From IMG/VR virus record IMGVR_UViG_3300008111_000024: DNA of 64,000 bases. The stretch is one strand, 5' to 3'. A program made the position numbers and the translations under genes. Numbering within the stretch: the first letter of the stretch is position 1; each line of letters starts with the position of its first letter. Of the stretch, positions 24,945-35,226 are shown piece by piece. Below the pieces are notes generated by a model, which saw only the letters and a list, made by a program, of their open reading frames with translations, searched no databases and was not told the origin of the DNA. The DNA comes from an uncultured virus (IMG/VR IMGVR_UViG_3300008111_000024). Taxonomy: Duplodnaviria > Heunggongvirae > Uroviricota > Caudoviricetes.

Positions 24945-25553
24945 TTAAAGGTATTTTTGGAATCTTTTGAACATATCTAAAGACTCTTTTAATTTTTGGT
25001 GTGTGTCAACATCAATCTCTTCATCATCAAGGTATTCAGAATCAAAATCAAGTTCTTCTTCCATATTTGCCATTGCCAATGCCAAATTAGGGTCTTCCTC
25101 GGCCATTGCTAAATCATTAACATCTTCAGACATACACTCATAACATTCTTCTTCGGTATAATCAAATTTATCGTTTTTGTCTAAGTTACCTAAATCGTAA
25201 ATACCCTCATTTGTTTCTTCATCTGAGAATGCGTCACCTTCACTAAAATCTTCTAACTCAACATCATCGTTTTCACCCATATAAGAACTTCCACATTCAC
25301 ATACTTCTTCATATAGACCACATTCAGAACAAACTGATTTAGATTCTTTAATGTAAATTTTATTGTCGTAACCAGTTACTTCTCCATTAGATTTAACTGT
25401 TACTCCTACTTTGTCGTTGGCGAAATCTTGAACATATAGTGGTTGTTCATTAGGTACTTCATTTCTTACTGAGTATCCATCGTATAGTGTTTTGTGTTTG
25501 TCAAGAATATTACTTCTTTCTTCTTCACTAACTGTAAAAAAATATGCGTTCAT
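24945..25553 (-). CDS. Acidic hypothetical protein with CxxC motifs (possible head scaffold or cargo)
   Basis: VSEEERSNIL N-terminus, CSECG, C-terminal LKESLDMFKRF. Confidence 0.78.
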   Translation of the reverse strand: MNAYFFTVSEEERSNILDKHKTLYDGYSVRNEVPNEQPLYVQDFANDKVGVTVKSNGEVTGYDNKIYIKESKSVCSECGLYEEVCECGSSYMGENDDVELEDFSEGDAFSDEETNEGIYDLGNLDKNDKFDYTEEECYECMSEDVNDLAMAEEDPNLALAMANMEEELDFDSEYLDDEEIDVDTHQKLKESLDMFKRFQKYL

Positions 25554-25705
25554 AATTAATTTTTTTTATTATAAATATCTTTACAAGGTCAAATATTTTC
25601 TCTATTCTTAATTATAAAGATTACAAGGGGGGGAAATTAGAGCTTTTTGTTTAATATCTTGGTAACTTATTAACTATCCTTTCAAAGTACCCCCAAATCT
25701 TTTTC

Positions 25706-26293
25706 TTAATGAATCTTAGTCCAATAGTTAAGAATCAGTGTGGCGTACCTCTGAATAGTTCTATTAATCTTCTCGAGACTGGGTTCTACATTTTCTTTTT
25801 CCAACATCTTTAAAACCCCCTGAACCATTTCACTTTGGGCTCTATCTGCATCTTCTAAGACTTCTTCAAATGCCTCTTCGTTTGGTATGTTTTTATATTT
25901 GAATTCGTGTTCGATTCTTTCTTTCCCTAAATAAAGATATGGGGAAGCTCCAAACATATTTGTTATTCCTGACTGTCTAACCTTTTCAAGGTATTGACTT
26001 AAAAATCGTGTATTAAAAAATTGGACAATAGATTTATTATCTATAAACCATTTTGCTTGTTCAAAACTCTCAGTGATTTGTTCGTCTTCAATTTTTCTCC
26101 AAGCATCACTTACAGACAGTATAGATAATTGACTTCCGTCCTCCCACCTAACTGAATATATTTTGTGATTACCTGACTCAAAAGGGTCTCTGGAGACCTT
26201 GGTAACAACCCCTTTACTACCAGGAGACATCATCTCCCCTTCCATATGTAAAAGAATTACTTTATCCCCAATGTTTAATTCACTGTTTATCAT
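25706..26293 (-). CDS. Hypothetical protein with SH3-like N-terminal domain
   Basis: IGDKVIL...GVVTKV...VRWEDG; LEKVRQSGITNMFGA. Confidence 0.78.
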   Translation of the reverse strand: MINSELNIGDKVILLHMEGEMMSPGSKGVVTKVSRDPFESGNHKIYSVRWEDGSQLSILSVSDAWRKIEDEQITESFEQAKWFIDNKSIVQFFNTRFLSQYLEKVRQSGITNMFGASPYLYLGKERIEHEFKYKNIPNEEAFEEVLEDADRAQSEMVQGVLKMLEKENVEPSLEKINRTIQRYATLILNYWTKIH

Positions 26294-26326
26294 AACAATA
26301 AATATATTGTAAGTATTTATTGTTGT

Positions 26327-26947
26327 ATGAAATTAATAATAACTGAAAGACAATACCGTAAAATACTTTTAGAGAACTCAAACAAAGAAATTAGTGAGTA
26401 TCTTTCTGGTTTAAAAGATTTTGCGTTAAATGTCATTAAAATAACTCAAGAGAACGTTGGGATAAACCTTCAGATGTTGGCTATTTGGGGTGCAGGTGTT
26501 GGGGGTGTAATGAGACCTCTTAATGAGTTTATTCAGAATGGTGATTTTAACTTAAATGAATTTGAAACCGCCAGTATAGTTTGTGCAGTTAGTGCAATTT
26601 TATTTAAAGAAAGTAACAAAAATATTAATGAATTATTAAAGTATATTAAAGAAAACGGATTAACTGACGCTTTTAAAGTTGCCTTAGAAAAAGGAAGTAA
26701 ATTAAAATCCGCATTTCTTAATTTCATCCAAAGTCTAAATATGACCTTGTTTAATGTAACCAACATTATGAGTTACGCCTTTATTATACCAATACTACCT
26801 ATGTTATGGGAAATGGGTCAAACAGGGGGAGATAAAGGTGATATTAAAGAACTTGTCTTAAGACTTATGTCCTTTGGATTGACAAGTGTTTCAGGTGTTG
26901 TTATTAGAGAACTAATTACAAAATTAGTTAATAGATTTAGAGACTAA
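26327..26947 (+). CDS. Hypothetical hydrophobic protein (putative virion cargo)
   Basis: MKLIITERQYRKILLE; several TM-like segments. Confidence 0.8.
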   Translation: MKLIITERQYRKILLENSNKEISEYLSGLKDFALNVIKITQENVGINLQMLAIWGAGVGGVMRPLNEFIQNGDFNLNEFETASIVCAVSAILFKESNKNINELLKYIKENGLTDAFKVALEKGSKLKSAFLNFIQSLNMTLFNVTNIMSYAFIIPILPMLWEMGQTGGDKGDIKELVLRLMSFGLTSVSGVVIRELITKLVNRFRD

Positions 26948-27709
26948 CTTTCTAAAGTATTGTTCGATTTCATTATCGTCCATTTCACCACTAGAATATG
27001 ATTCTACTTTTTTACCACATATTGTTTGAGGTATTAAATAAACAACCAAATAATTTTCTTCAGTTTTATCTAAACTGAACCCATCCACAAAAATTTCACG
27101 ATATACAAGACCTTCAATATTATATCTAAGTTCTTCTAATTCAATATCAGTCCTTTCCATCAATAAAGTGTATAGAGAATCAACCAAACTCTGTGGTATT
27201 GAAGTAATCACAATCCTTTTATTTGAATCGTATTTTTTAAGTATAATTTTTTCAATGTTAATACCACAGTTAACCACTATTTGGTAATCATCATTATATA
27301 AATCATATACCCCGTCATACTTAACTTTAAATAGAACTCCAAAATCTTCATATGAAATACCAAAGTCAGGTATTTGTTTAAAAACGTTTTCTAACTTATT
27401 TTCTAATTTGGCAGGTAGATAGTAATCATTTTTATTAATTGGGGTTCCGTTAACATAAATTCTATCTAACTTAACATCCATATTACCCGTAGAATCAATG
27501 AATTTAATTTTTTCATTTATTATGTTGTAAGCAAAGAACTCCAACATATACTGATTCCACCCTCTATCTTTAGGAACCTCAACTTGAATATCTGCACGAA
27601 TTGAATTTTTTTCGTGTCTTATATTAACAAAATTATATACAAGACCGTTATCCTCATATTTTTTATGAGATAATAATCGTTCAAGCATTTTATACTCACT
27701 ATTTACCAT
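26924..27709 (-). CDS. Hypothetical protein
   Basis: 261 aa, coupled to the upstream gene. Confidence 0.78.
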   Translation of the reverse strand: MVNSEYKMLERLLSHKKYEDNGLVYNFVNIRHEKNSIRADIQVEVPKDRGWNQYMLEFFAYNIINEKIKFIDSTGNMDVKLDRIYVNGTPINKNDYYLPAKLENKLENVFKQIPDFGISYEDFGVLFKVKYDGVYDLYNDDYQIVVNCGINIEKIILKKYDSNKRIVITSIPQSLVDSLYTLLMERTDIELEELRYNIEGLVYREIFVDGFSLDKTEENYLVVYLIPQTICGKKVESYSSGEMDDNEIEQYFRKLVSKSIN

Positions 27710-28697
27710 TCTTATGAAATTGTAATATTCTTTGGATTACTCTTTCTGCGGTTTTTTCATCCATACCGTGTTTATTGATGTTTTTAGTAAACCAGTCTCT
27801 TGTTACTTTTTCAAATGGTTGTTTTCTAAGTTTTGAAATTCTTTTTAATCCCGCAACTTGAGCATCTAATTCGTGTTGTTGGGTGTAATAAACCTCTGAA
27901 CTACTTTCATCAGGTTCGTGAGTCTCACCTTTTTCGTACTGTATTAAATGTTGTAATTCGTGTCTTACAGTTTCATTTAATTCTCCAACCAAGTCATACA
28001 ATTGTTGTGGGAAAAAATCAGGATTAAATAATATTTCAATTTCCATAACATCATCCTCCTCATAATAACCCCCATCTAATTCAAATCCATCAACAGTGTC
28101 GGTTTTAACAATTCGTAATTCAAGATTAAATTCGGTATTTAAATTATCAAAATAATAGTAATCTTCACCATTAATGTCTGTTGGTAAATCGTATTCCCCT
28201 TCACCTTCTTTTTTAAACACACTAATAATGTCTCTAACTAATTTTCTAACAACGTCTCTTTTTTCACTTTTAGATTCTGTAATTTGTTTCATTTCATTAT
28301 TATTTAATTCAGGAATATCAATTTTAACTCTAACAATTTCAGGAGTATCTGTAATACTAAAATACTTTAGTTCATCCCAGATTTGGTTTTTTACTTTACC
28401 ACTTAGATAATAAAACCTATCCTCAAAGTTATATCTGTTCTTATACAAATCATCGGTATCGAATGATTTAAACAAGTCAATAAACTCTTTATATTCAATA
28501 TCGACAACAATTAATTCGATTGCCAAATGATTCATTGGTTCACCCATATGTTTTAATGAGATATTACCAACAATTTTAAACTTATAATTAAATTTTAATT
28601 TAATACCGCTATAACTAGTTAATGGTCCATCATAAGTATAAACTTTCTCTTGGAGTATTTTGTTAACTAATTTATAAGTTTCTTTATCACTATTCAT
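27699..28697 (-). CDS. Hypothetical protein with zincin-like HExxH domain
   Basis: TVRHELQHLIQ...YY...HELDA. Confidence 0.75.
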   Translation of the reverse strand: MNSDKETYKLVNKILQEKVYTYDGPLTSYSGIKLKFNYKFKIVGNISLKHMGEPMNHLAIELIVVDIEYKEFIDLFKSFDTDDLYKNRYNFEDRFYYLSGKVKNQIWDELKYFSITDTPEIVRVKIDIPELNNNEMKQITESKSEKRDVVRKLVRDIISVFKKEGEGEYDLPTDINGEDYYYFDNLNTEFNLELRIVKTDTVDGFELDGGYYEEDDVMEIEILFNPDFFPQQLYDLVGELNETVRHELQHLIQYEKGETHEPDESSSEVYYTQQHELDAQVAGLKRISKLRKQPFEKVTRDWFTKNINKHGMDEKTAERVIQRILQFHKNGK

Positions 28698-28711
28698 AGT
28701 AATAAATACTT

Positions 28712-29161
28712 CTAATATCTGTTATTAATCGGAATTGCAACTCCAAAACCAACATATGGTTTATCCGAGTAATTTAAAGTTAATGACACATCCCACATAT
28801 CTCTTTTTTGAGTAATTAATTTAATTGGTTGTAACTTGACAAAAAAATCGGGGTAATATTGTGGTTCAAAGAAATTAATCATATCCGCCTTAATACCTGC
28901 TCCGACAACAATACCATTTTTTAAGAAACCATAATTGATACCGATTCTGTTTAAATATTCATATGGAGTTCGATACACATAAGGATACTGAGTCGCACCA
29001 ATTTGGTAGTAAACACCAAAGTGGAATCCCCATCCTTTACCATCCACATTCTCAGAACCAATTAGAATACTATTGTCTTCAGGAAACGCAGTTATTGACG
29101 CATATTGGGAGTACACCGTTGTACTCAAAAACATTAATATAAGTGTGATTATTTTTTTCAT
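28712..29161 (-). CDS. Putative small outer-membrane beta-barrel protein (start revised to MKKII)
   Basis: Signal peptide, alternating beta strands, terminal YVGFGVAIP; TATTTTTG-N4-ATG. Confidence 0.7.
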   Translation of the reverse strand: MKKIITLILMFLSTTVYSQYASITAFPEDNSILIGSENVDGKGWGFHFGVYYQIGATQYPYVYRTPYEYLNRIGINYGFLKNGIVVGAGIKADMINFFEPQYYPDFFVKLQPIKLITQKRDMWDVSLTLNYSDKPYVGFGVAIPINNRY

Positions 29162-29217
29162 AGTACAAAAATACAATTTTATTTTTTATTTTACAAAAAT
29201 ATTTATAACTTTGTAGT

Positions 29218-29454
29218 ATGAGTAAGATTAATAATAATAAGAAAGAGGATAGACCCGTTAAATTTGAAAGAATTTATGAGGACGAGGAAACCATTAGCAT
29301 TTGGAAATACGATTTAAATAAAACTAAGAATGGCCCTGTTGAGGTTGAGATTAAATATAAAAAGGGGTATCAACCCCCAAAACCTCAAACTAAAAAAACA
29401 TTAAAGGACCACGTTGCTGCTGAGAAAAAGACTATCAAGAAGAAAGGGTCTTAA
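29218..29454 (+). CDS. Small basic hypothetical protein
   Basis: TAACTTTG-N4-ATG. Confidence 0.75.
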   Translation: MSKINNNKKEDRPVKFERIYEDEETISIWKYDLNKTKNGPVEVEIKYKKGYQPPKPQTKKTLKDHVAAEKKTIKKKGS

Positions 29455-30022
29455 TTCTTTGTTCTATAGTTTTTTTCATTATTAGTAAGTCTTGTAATTC
29501 TCTATTTTGAGATTCTGTTAAAACTTTTTTAGGCTTTTTAACCTCAACTAATGTGCCGTTACCTATGTTTCTAATTTCCCATTCACCTGATTCAGAATCA
29601 TATACGTCTTCGTCCAAAAATTTACCGTCATAATAATCAAAACCATCAGGGTCATTATATACAAAACTGTTAACATAATCTTTTGAATATGTTTCAATGT
29701 TATGTAGGTATTCTTCCACGCAATATTTTGAAACATTAACTTTAACCACAACAGGAAAAGACATTATTCTTGGGATTGTAATATCCCCTTCCCCATTAAA
29801 GTTATGGTTATCTTGGTATAATTTCCAAAAAAATCCATAGTCCTCCCAATCAATGTCAGTTATACCAAATTTCTTAAGAGAGGAATCAATTAACTCTAAA
29901 ATATTATCATCATAAACATCATCGTAAGTCCAATCAATATTTTTTTCTGCTGATTCTTTATCAATTTCTTTGATAATCATTTTTAATACCGATAAAGGTA
30001 ATTCGTTTTCAAATCTTCTCAT
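29435..30022 (-). CDS. Hypothetical protein
   Basis: 195 aa; TATTTAT-N4-ATG. Confidence 0.78.
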   Translation of the reverse strand: MRRFENELPLSVLKMIIKEIDKESAEKNIDWTYDDVYDDNILELIDSSLKKFGITDIDWEDYGFFWKLYQDNHNFNGEGDITIPRIMSFPVVVKVNVSKYCVEEYLHNIETYSKDYVNSFVYNDPDGFDYYDGKFLDEDVYDSESGEWEIRNIGNGTLVEVKKPKKVLTESQNRELQDLLIMKKTIEQRIKTLSS

Positions 30023-30069
30023 ACAAATAAATACTTTGGAAATAAAAAAACCACCCGAAGGTGGTTCTC

Positions 30070-30768
30070 TTAATCGTTACCCAAAAAAGTAACTTTGTTT
30101 GTGATTGGGTCCCAATCAATGTTCCAAGGAGTATGAGCGTAAAGATATCTTTCGTTCAATACTGCGGCATTGAAATAATGGGTGTGTCCATCAAAGTAGT
30201 GACCATAACCAGTGTGAATATGTCCACAAACGTGAATTTTTGGTTTAATAGTCTTAATTCTTTCCGCCAACAATTCACAACCTAAATGGTCTCCTCTGCG
30301 ACCCTCAACATCATCCAAGAATCCCCAAGCAGGACCGTGAGTGATTAAGATGTCAGTATCCTCAGGGATTCCATTCCATTTCTCTAACAACTCAGAACCA
30401 TTTTTTGGTAGGTTGAAAGCCCAATTATAAAACTCAGGTTGCCAAGGACTACCATAGACTTTAACCATTTGTTCATCATTACCAACCTTTAACCAATCAT
30501 CTTGTAAGTAATCAACGGTTTTGTAAGAGTTAACAATTTGCATTGCTTTCTCAGCGTTGTTTTGGAACCCCCAATCGTGATTACCCGCAATAAAGATTTT
30601 GTGGTCGTAGTTATCAATACTGTCAAACCATTTACAGAACTCTCTGATTTCGTGCTCATAACCCATAGAAGACATATCTCCTGCGTGGATTAACAAATCA
30701 CCACCAGGTAAATCCTTAGTTATGTGTTTGTGTTTTGTGTGTGTATCTGATATAAATGTAATTTTCAT
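30070..30768 (-). CDS. Calcineurin-like metallophosphoesterase
   Basis: SDTH, HAGD, IAGNHD, ITHGP, VCGHIH. Confidence 0.93.
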   Translation of the reverse strand: MKITFISDTHTKHKHITKDLPGGDLLIHAGDMSSMGYEHEIREFCKWFDSIDNYDHKIFIAGNHDWGFQNNAEKAMQIVNSYKTVDYLQDDWLKVGNDEQMVKVYGSPWQPEFYNWAFNLPKNGSELLEKWNGIPEDTDILITHGPAWGFLDDVEGRRGDHLGCELLAERIKTIKPKIHVCGHIHTGYGHYFDGHTHYFNAAVLNERYLYAHTPWNIDWDPITNKVTFLGND

Positions 30769-30781
30769 AATACAAAGTTAA

Positions 30782-30991
30782 TCATTTTTTTTTAATTTTT
30801 TTCCTATCCATTGATATATTTTTACAGAACCTTATCTCTTTATTATTTAAGGTCCATATTTCCCCATTATCCATTGCACAAGTAAAAAGTAAATTGTGTT
30901 CTTGGGAATAATCTATCACTAAAAATGCGTACCCCTCCATTCCATCGGAAATTCTTAATATTGGAATCATTGGGTTTAATTGTAGTATCAT
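30782..30991 (-). CDS. Hypothetical protein
   Basis: 69 aa, coupled to the upstream gene. Confidence 0.75.
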   Translation of the reverse strand: MILQLNPMIPILRISDGMEGYAFLVIDYSQEHNLLFTCAMDNGEIWTLNNKEIRFCKNISMDRKKIKKK

Positions 30992-30992
30992 A

Positions 30993-31628
30993 CTAATCCC
31001 ACCAACCTTTTATTCCTGAACCGTCAAACCATTCGTTCCAAAGCTCTCGTTCTTTTTTATCTTCTTCTGTTTGAGCGTCGTATAATTCACGATATTCTTT
31101 ATAATCCTGACCTTTTAAGATTTTAAAAAGTTCATTCCATTCTTGTTCCTCAATCTCGTGTGCTCTTTCAAATACTTTACGATTGTGAATTTTTTCTTCG
31201 TCAGTATCTTTATCGACTAAACGACTGTATCCTGGTTTATCCTCAACAGGTTCGAATTCCCAATCGTGATGTACTAATTCACCTAATTCTTTTTCGGCCA
31301 TTTGAATGTAGTTATCCTCATTGTAGTTTTTGATTAACTCAATCGCTCTACGCATTGCCGCAACTTTCTTTAAACGAGGACCGTCAACTTCATTACCGTA
31401 CTTTTCAACAGTGTCTGAAATATTAGTTAACCCAATCTCAAGGAATTTTAAAGTTCCGTGATGGTCAAACCAATAATGACTCCATAACGCTTTTCTAAAT
31501 GTCCAAACATTCTTAAAAAACCTTGGTAAGTCATATCGAAATAACTCATATGTTTTATACCACCAAGTTTGGTGTCTTGCCATTCTTTGAAGACTATCCC
31601 AAAAACTATCAGCAAACCCTACTTTCAT
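30993..31628 (-). CDS. Hypothetical phage protein
   Basis: 211 aa ending GWWD. Confidence 0.8.
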   Translation of the reverse strand: MKVGFADSFWDSLQRMARHQTWWYKTYELFRYDLPRFFKNVWTFRKALWSHYWFDHHGTLKFLEIGLTNISDTVEKYGNEVDGPRLKKVAAMRRAIELIKNYNEDNYIQMAEKELGELVHHDWEFEPVEDKPGYSRLVDKDTDEEKIHNRKVFERAHEIEEQEWNELFKILKGQDYKEYRELYDAQTEEDKKERELWNEWFDGSGIKGWWD

Positions 31629-31783
31629 AATTTTAATTTTTTACAAAGATAATCAATTTATTTTAAAATAAAAAGACCCGAGAAAAATTTCTCAGGTCTT
31701 TTAGTACAGGATATATATAAACGCCCAAGGAGGGCGGACGTATAAATAAATACTAAATAAATTTAAAAAAATCAAGTCTTACA

Positions 31784-32206
31784 TTAATCAAAACCTAATT
31801 TTTTTGAAATTTCAGGTAATAAATCTTCAGAAAACTTAATTCCGTGTCTATCCTCAAAGTGTTCTAATAACAAATCAATCGCATTATTATAACCATTATG
31901 ACTCAACAACAAATAAGCTCCTAAATCCGCCTCAAGTTCTTCTTTTTCATTTCTAGGTCCTGAATGATTTAATAATATATGTGAAATTTCGTGAGCTTCA
32001 ATAAATTTGATAATACTTGTGTCATCAACTTCCTCTAAAATTTCACCATCGATTATTACCAAATCTTTACCAGGTACCATAAATCCATACCCATACTCAT
32101 CAAAGTACTCATTAACTTGTGGGTATAAAGGGTCTTCTTTAAACACAACAACTATGGTTATGTTAGGTAAAAACTCACTTTTATATTCTATTTGTGTTTC
32201 GTCCAT
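31784..32206 (-). CDS. Zincin-like (ImmA/IrrE-like) HExxH protein
   Basis: IEAHEISHILLNH...ELEAD. Confidence 0.7.
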   Translation of the reverse strand: MDETQIEYKSEFLPNITIVVVFKEDPLYPQVNEYFDEYGYGFMVPGKDLVIIDGEILEEVDDTSIIKFIEAHEISHILLNHSGPRNEKEELEADLGAYLLLSHNGYNNAIDLLLEHFEDRHGIKFSEDLLPEISKKLGFD

Positions 32207-32215
32207 ACTGTTTAA

Positions 32216-33052
32216 TTACTTTAGTAAATTATAATACTCTTTAAAATGTTTAATTCTATCAACTAAACCGATAGTACCTCCGTTAACTCTTTTAGTTACC
32301 GCAGTTACTGTAGCGTCGTCAGCACCTTTATCACAAATTGACCAAAGTTTATTTGAGTCAAAAAAGAAAGCCGCAGATGCTAATGGGTATTTTGTTGCAA
32401 CCAAGTCAGGATTTGCTACGGTATCTTCACCAATAAATTTAGCGAAGTTTGTATAGTTTGATTTCCCAGTTAATTGGATATAACCTCTACCTCTGAATTT
32501 GAAACCTTCTTTTGTTGTTTCATCACCGTTACCCATTCTTCCTCCATAAACTTTAGAAGCAATTTTTTCAGGGTTTCTTGCGTATGATTCTGCAAGATTA
32601 CCAGGAAAATATTTAGGGAAGATTTTTTTCAAACCATCCGCAGAATAATTAAGGTTTTCTTGAACCGCTTTAAATCCTCCAGATTCGTGACCACATTGTG
32701 CTAAGAAGTGTGCTAATCTTAATGGTGTTGTTATGTTGAATTTTTTTGCAGTGTCAGGAATTTGACTAATAACTGAATCAGGTATATGTCCTTTAAGTTT
32801 TTCTAAATTTAATGAACCACCTGTAGGTATTACTACGTCTTCTTTAATTACGTTTGTTTCTTGAGTTTGTGAACCAAACATTTTAGACCAAGTACCGTCA
32901 CCAACAATACCGTCAGCAGTTAATCCATTAGCTGCTTGCCATTCTTTAACTTTAGCTTCTGTCCCAGGTCCAAATACTCCGTCAGCATTTAAACCTAATT
33001 TTTGTTGTAGTTTTTTTACATCATCGCCTTTCGAGCCGTTTTTTAATAACAT
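32216..33052 (-). CDS. Endolysin: peptidoglycan-binding domain plus GH19 catalytic domain
   Basis: LKNGSKGDDVKKLQ..DGVFGPGT; FLAQCGHESGG; RGRGYIQLTGKSNY; TKRVNGG. Confidence 0.93.
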   Translation of the reverse strand: MLLKNGSKGDDVKKLQQKLGLNADGVFGPGTEAKVKEWQAANGLTADGIVGDGTWSKMFGSQTQETNVIKEDVVIPTGGSLNLEKLKGHIPDSVISQIPDTAKKFNITTPLRLAHFLAQCGHESGGFKAVQENLNYSADGLKKIFPKYFPGNLAESYARNPEKIASKVYGGRMGNGDETTKEGFKFRGRGYIQLTGKSNYTNFAKFIGEDTVANPDLVATKYPLASAAFFFDSNKLWSICDKGADDATVTAVTKRVNGGTIGLVDRIKHFKEYYNLLK

Positions 33053-33111
33053 TTTTTATAGTATTTTATTGTCGTTTATTTAACAATAAATACCACAAAG
33101 TATTGGATATA

Positions 33112-33501
33112 TTAGACAATCCCTTTTCTTTTCAAATAAGCTCTGCAAGATTTGTAATGTGATTGTTCAAATTCCCTCGCGTCAATTTCTAACGGATGAT
33201 TCTCATAGTCATATTCTTCACATAACTTAGAATACTGTGACATATTACTGATTTTAGGCATTTGTAGAAAATGTCTATATTCGTGAATTACAGTTCTTAT
33301 GATTAGTCTTTCAGTTTCACATACTAATGGAAAAACTGTTATCACTCTTGAGTTATATAACCCATAGTTATATTTGTTAGATTTAATAAAAGATACCTTT
33401 AAAGAAGGTTTTAATGTCTTTAAAGGGTTACCAAATTTTTTGATACACCAATTAAAGGTTTCATTCGCAATAATTTTGGCTTGTTTTTTATCCATAATCA
33501 T
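33112..33501 (-). CDS. Zincin-like HExxH protein (start revised)
   Basis: TVIHEYRHFLQ...HPLEIDA; TATCTTTG-N4-ATG. Confidence 0.72.
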   Translation of the reverse strand: MIMDKKQAKIIANETFNWCIKKFGNPLKTLKPSLKVSFIKSNKYNYGLYNSRVITVFPLVCETERLIIRTVIHEYRHFLQMPKISNMSQYSKLCEEYDYENHPLEIDAREFEQSHYKSCRAYLKRKGIV

Positions 33502-33545
33502 ATCACAAAGATACGAAAAATCGCTCAAAAAACCAAAAAAATCTA

Positions 33546-35225
33546 TTAGTAAGTTAAAATAGTTGAATTAGAATAGCCAGTATTAATTATATAATAACTG
33601 GAACTACCACCGTTAGTGGGTGAGTTTAAAATAATACTACTACTACCAACATATGTTGGTCTTAAATCGGTGGTAGAATTAATTATTGAATTATATTCTG
33701 TCTGAGTGAACAACCTTGTTTTTGGTAATGGTGAAGTCCAAGTTGGGAATAATCCCGCCTTTTTCATATGAATGTAATACACATCAGATATTGTTATTTT
33801 ACCGTCATTGTTAACATCATACCTAAAATAATCAATTGATGTGAAGTTTCTATTTAAGACTTTAAAGTTAGCATTATACAAGTCATTATTAGTGAGTGAA
33901 GTAACGGGACCATTAGGAACATCTATTTGAATATACCATTCAGTTGCAGGATTTGTCGGCTGGCTAAAACTAAAATACCCATTTGAATTTGTAAAAACAG
34001 TTTGATGTAACACCCAAGGAGTAAAACCAACGACATAATCAAATTCTATCACATATGGTAATGAAACACCATTAGGTAAGTCGTTCCACAATCCTCCCCC
34101 AACAAATTGAGCATAATCTTCACCATTAGAATTGTTAGGTTCTCCACCATTCCAAGCGGTATAAGGGTTTAGACCAAATCGATATGAAAGAGACATCCAA
34201 CATCTATTTATTTCGTCAGATGTTAATGGTGAGTTATAAATTTGAAAGGCCCCTAATCTAAAAGAACCGTAAGCACCACTTCCCATATTTGTGGCGTCTG
34301 ATAAACCAACTGCAAAGACCTCATCTCCACCTCCATTAATATGAGGAACTTGTCTATTAAAATTAACTGAACCGAATGAAACTCCGTTTCTATATCCTGT
34401 CATAGTGGTACCATTGTATGTAAGTGCCACCATAGTCCATTGGTTTAATGTAATACTTGTTGAAAGTTGTGTAATACCTGTACCGTTCCAAAAACCACAT
34501 CTCAGAGTATTACCACCAGTAATCTCAACCACAGATTCGTGCCATCCTGAAGATGGTGATGGTGTTCCTAGTTCACTTAGTATAACACCATTTCCTGTAG
34601 GATATACCCATAACACTATTGTTATTAAATTTGAATTTGTGAAATGATTTGTAAGACTAGGTGTTAGTCCATAAGTTGTCGACCCATTAAATGTTAGATA
34701 TTTTCCACCACCACTGGTATAAACAGGTGAATTAAATAAAGTTATATTTTTTGAATTTTTTAAATCAACTAATGAAGACCCTGAAGTGTAACTTGCAACA
34801 TCATAATTATTAGTTTGATTTGTTGTTACATAATTTTCAGTCCATCTCCACCCACCTAAAGGTTCACTGTAAAACGCACCTGTCTTATCCTGGTAATACC
34901 CAATCCATCCTGACGGCCAAGTATTAAATAAAAAACTATTTTCACTAAAGTTAGAAACTGTCGCTAAATGACCACCCATATTTTCACAAGCGTTTTTAGC
35001 GTCTAACCAAAACGCACTACTTGTAGAACGATAATACGAATGTCCGTTATAATTTGTTTGAGAGGTGAACCCTACTAAATTAGGGGTTGTTCTTTTGTAA
35101 AGTTTTACAGGAACATTTGGAGCGCCTAAACCACCTGCATTATAGATGTAACCACTATACGTAAAATTCTGACCTAATACTATATTAGATAACAGTAAAA
35201 ATAATATTATATTTAAAAACTTCAT
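33546..35225 (-). CDS. Secreted protein with C-type lectin, LamG and dockerin-like domains
   Basis: Signal peptide; YNGHSYY..W..A...C...GGHLAT; WNGGEPNN..ED..WNDL; LamG WTMVALTYNG; DVNNDGKITISD. Confidence 0.8.
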   Translation of the reverse strand: MKFLNIILFLLLSNIVLGQNFTYSGYIYNAGGLGAPNVPVKLYKRTTPNLVGFTSQTNYNGHSYYRSTSSAFWLDAKNACENMGGHLATVSNFSENSFLFNTWPSGWIGYYQDKTGAFYSEPLGGWRWTENYVTTNQTNNYDVASYTSGSSLVDLKNSKNITLFNSPVYTSGGGKYLTFNGSTTYGLTPSLTNHFTNSNLITIVLWVYPTGNGVILSELGTPSPSSGWHESVVEITGGNTLRCGFWNGTGITQLSTSITLNQWTMVALTYNGTTMTGYRNGVSFGSVNFNRQVPHINGGGDEVFAVGLSDATNMGSGAYGSFRLGAFQIYNSPLTSDEINRCWMSLSYRFGLNPYTAWNGGEPNNSNGEDYAQFVGGGLWNDLPNGVSLPYVIEFDYVVGFTPWVLHQTVFTNSNGYFSFSQPTNPATEWYIQIDVPNGPVTSLTNNDLYNANFKVLNRNFTSIDYFRYDVNNDGKITISDVYYIHMKKAGLFPTWTSPLPKTRLFTQTEYNSIINSTTDLRPTYVGSSSIILNSPTNGGSSSYYIINTGYSNSTILTY

Positions 35226-35226
35226 A

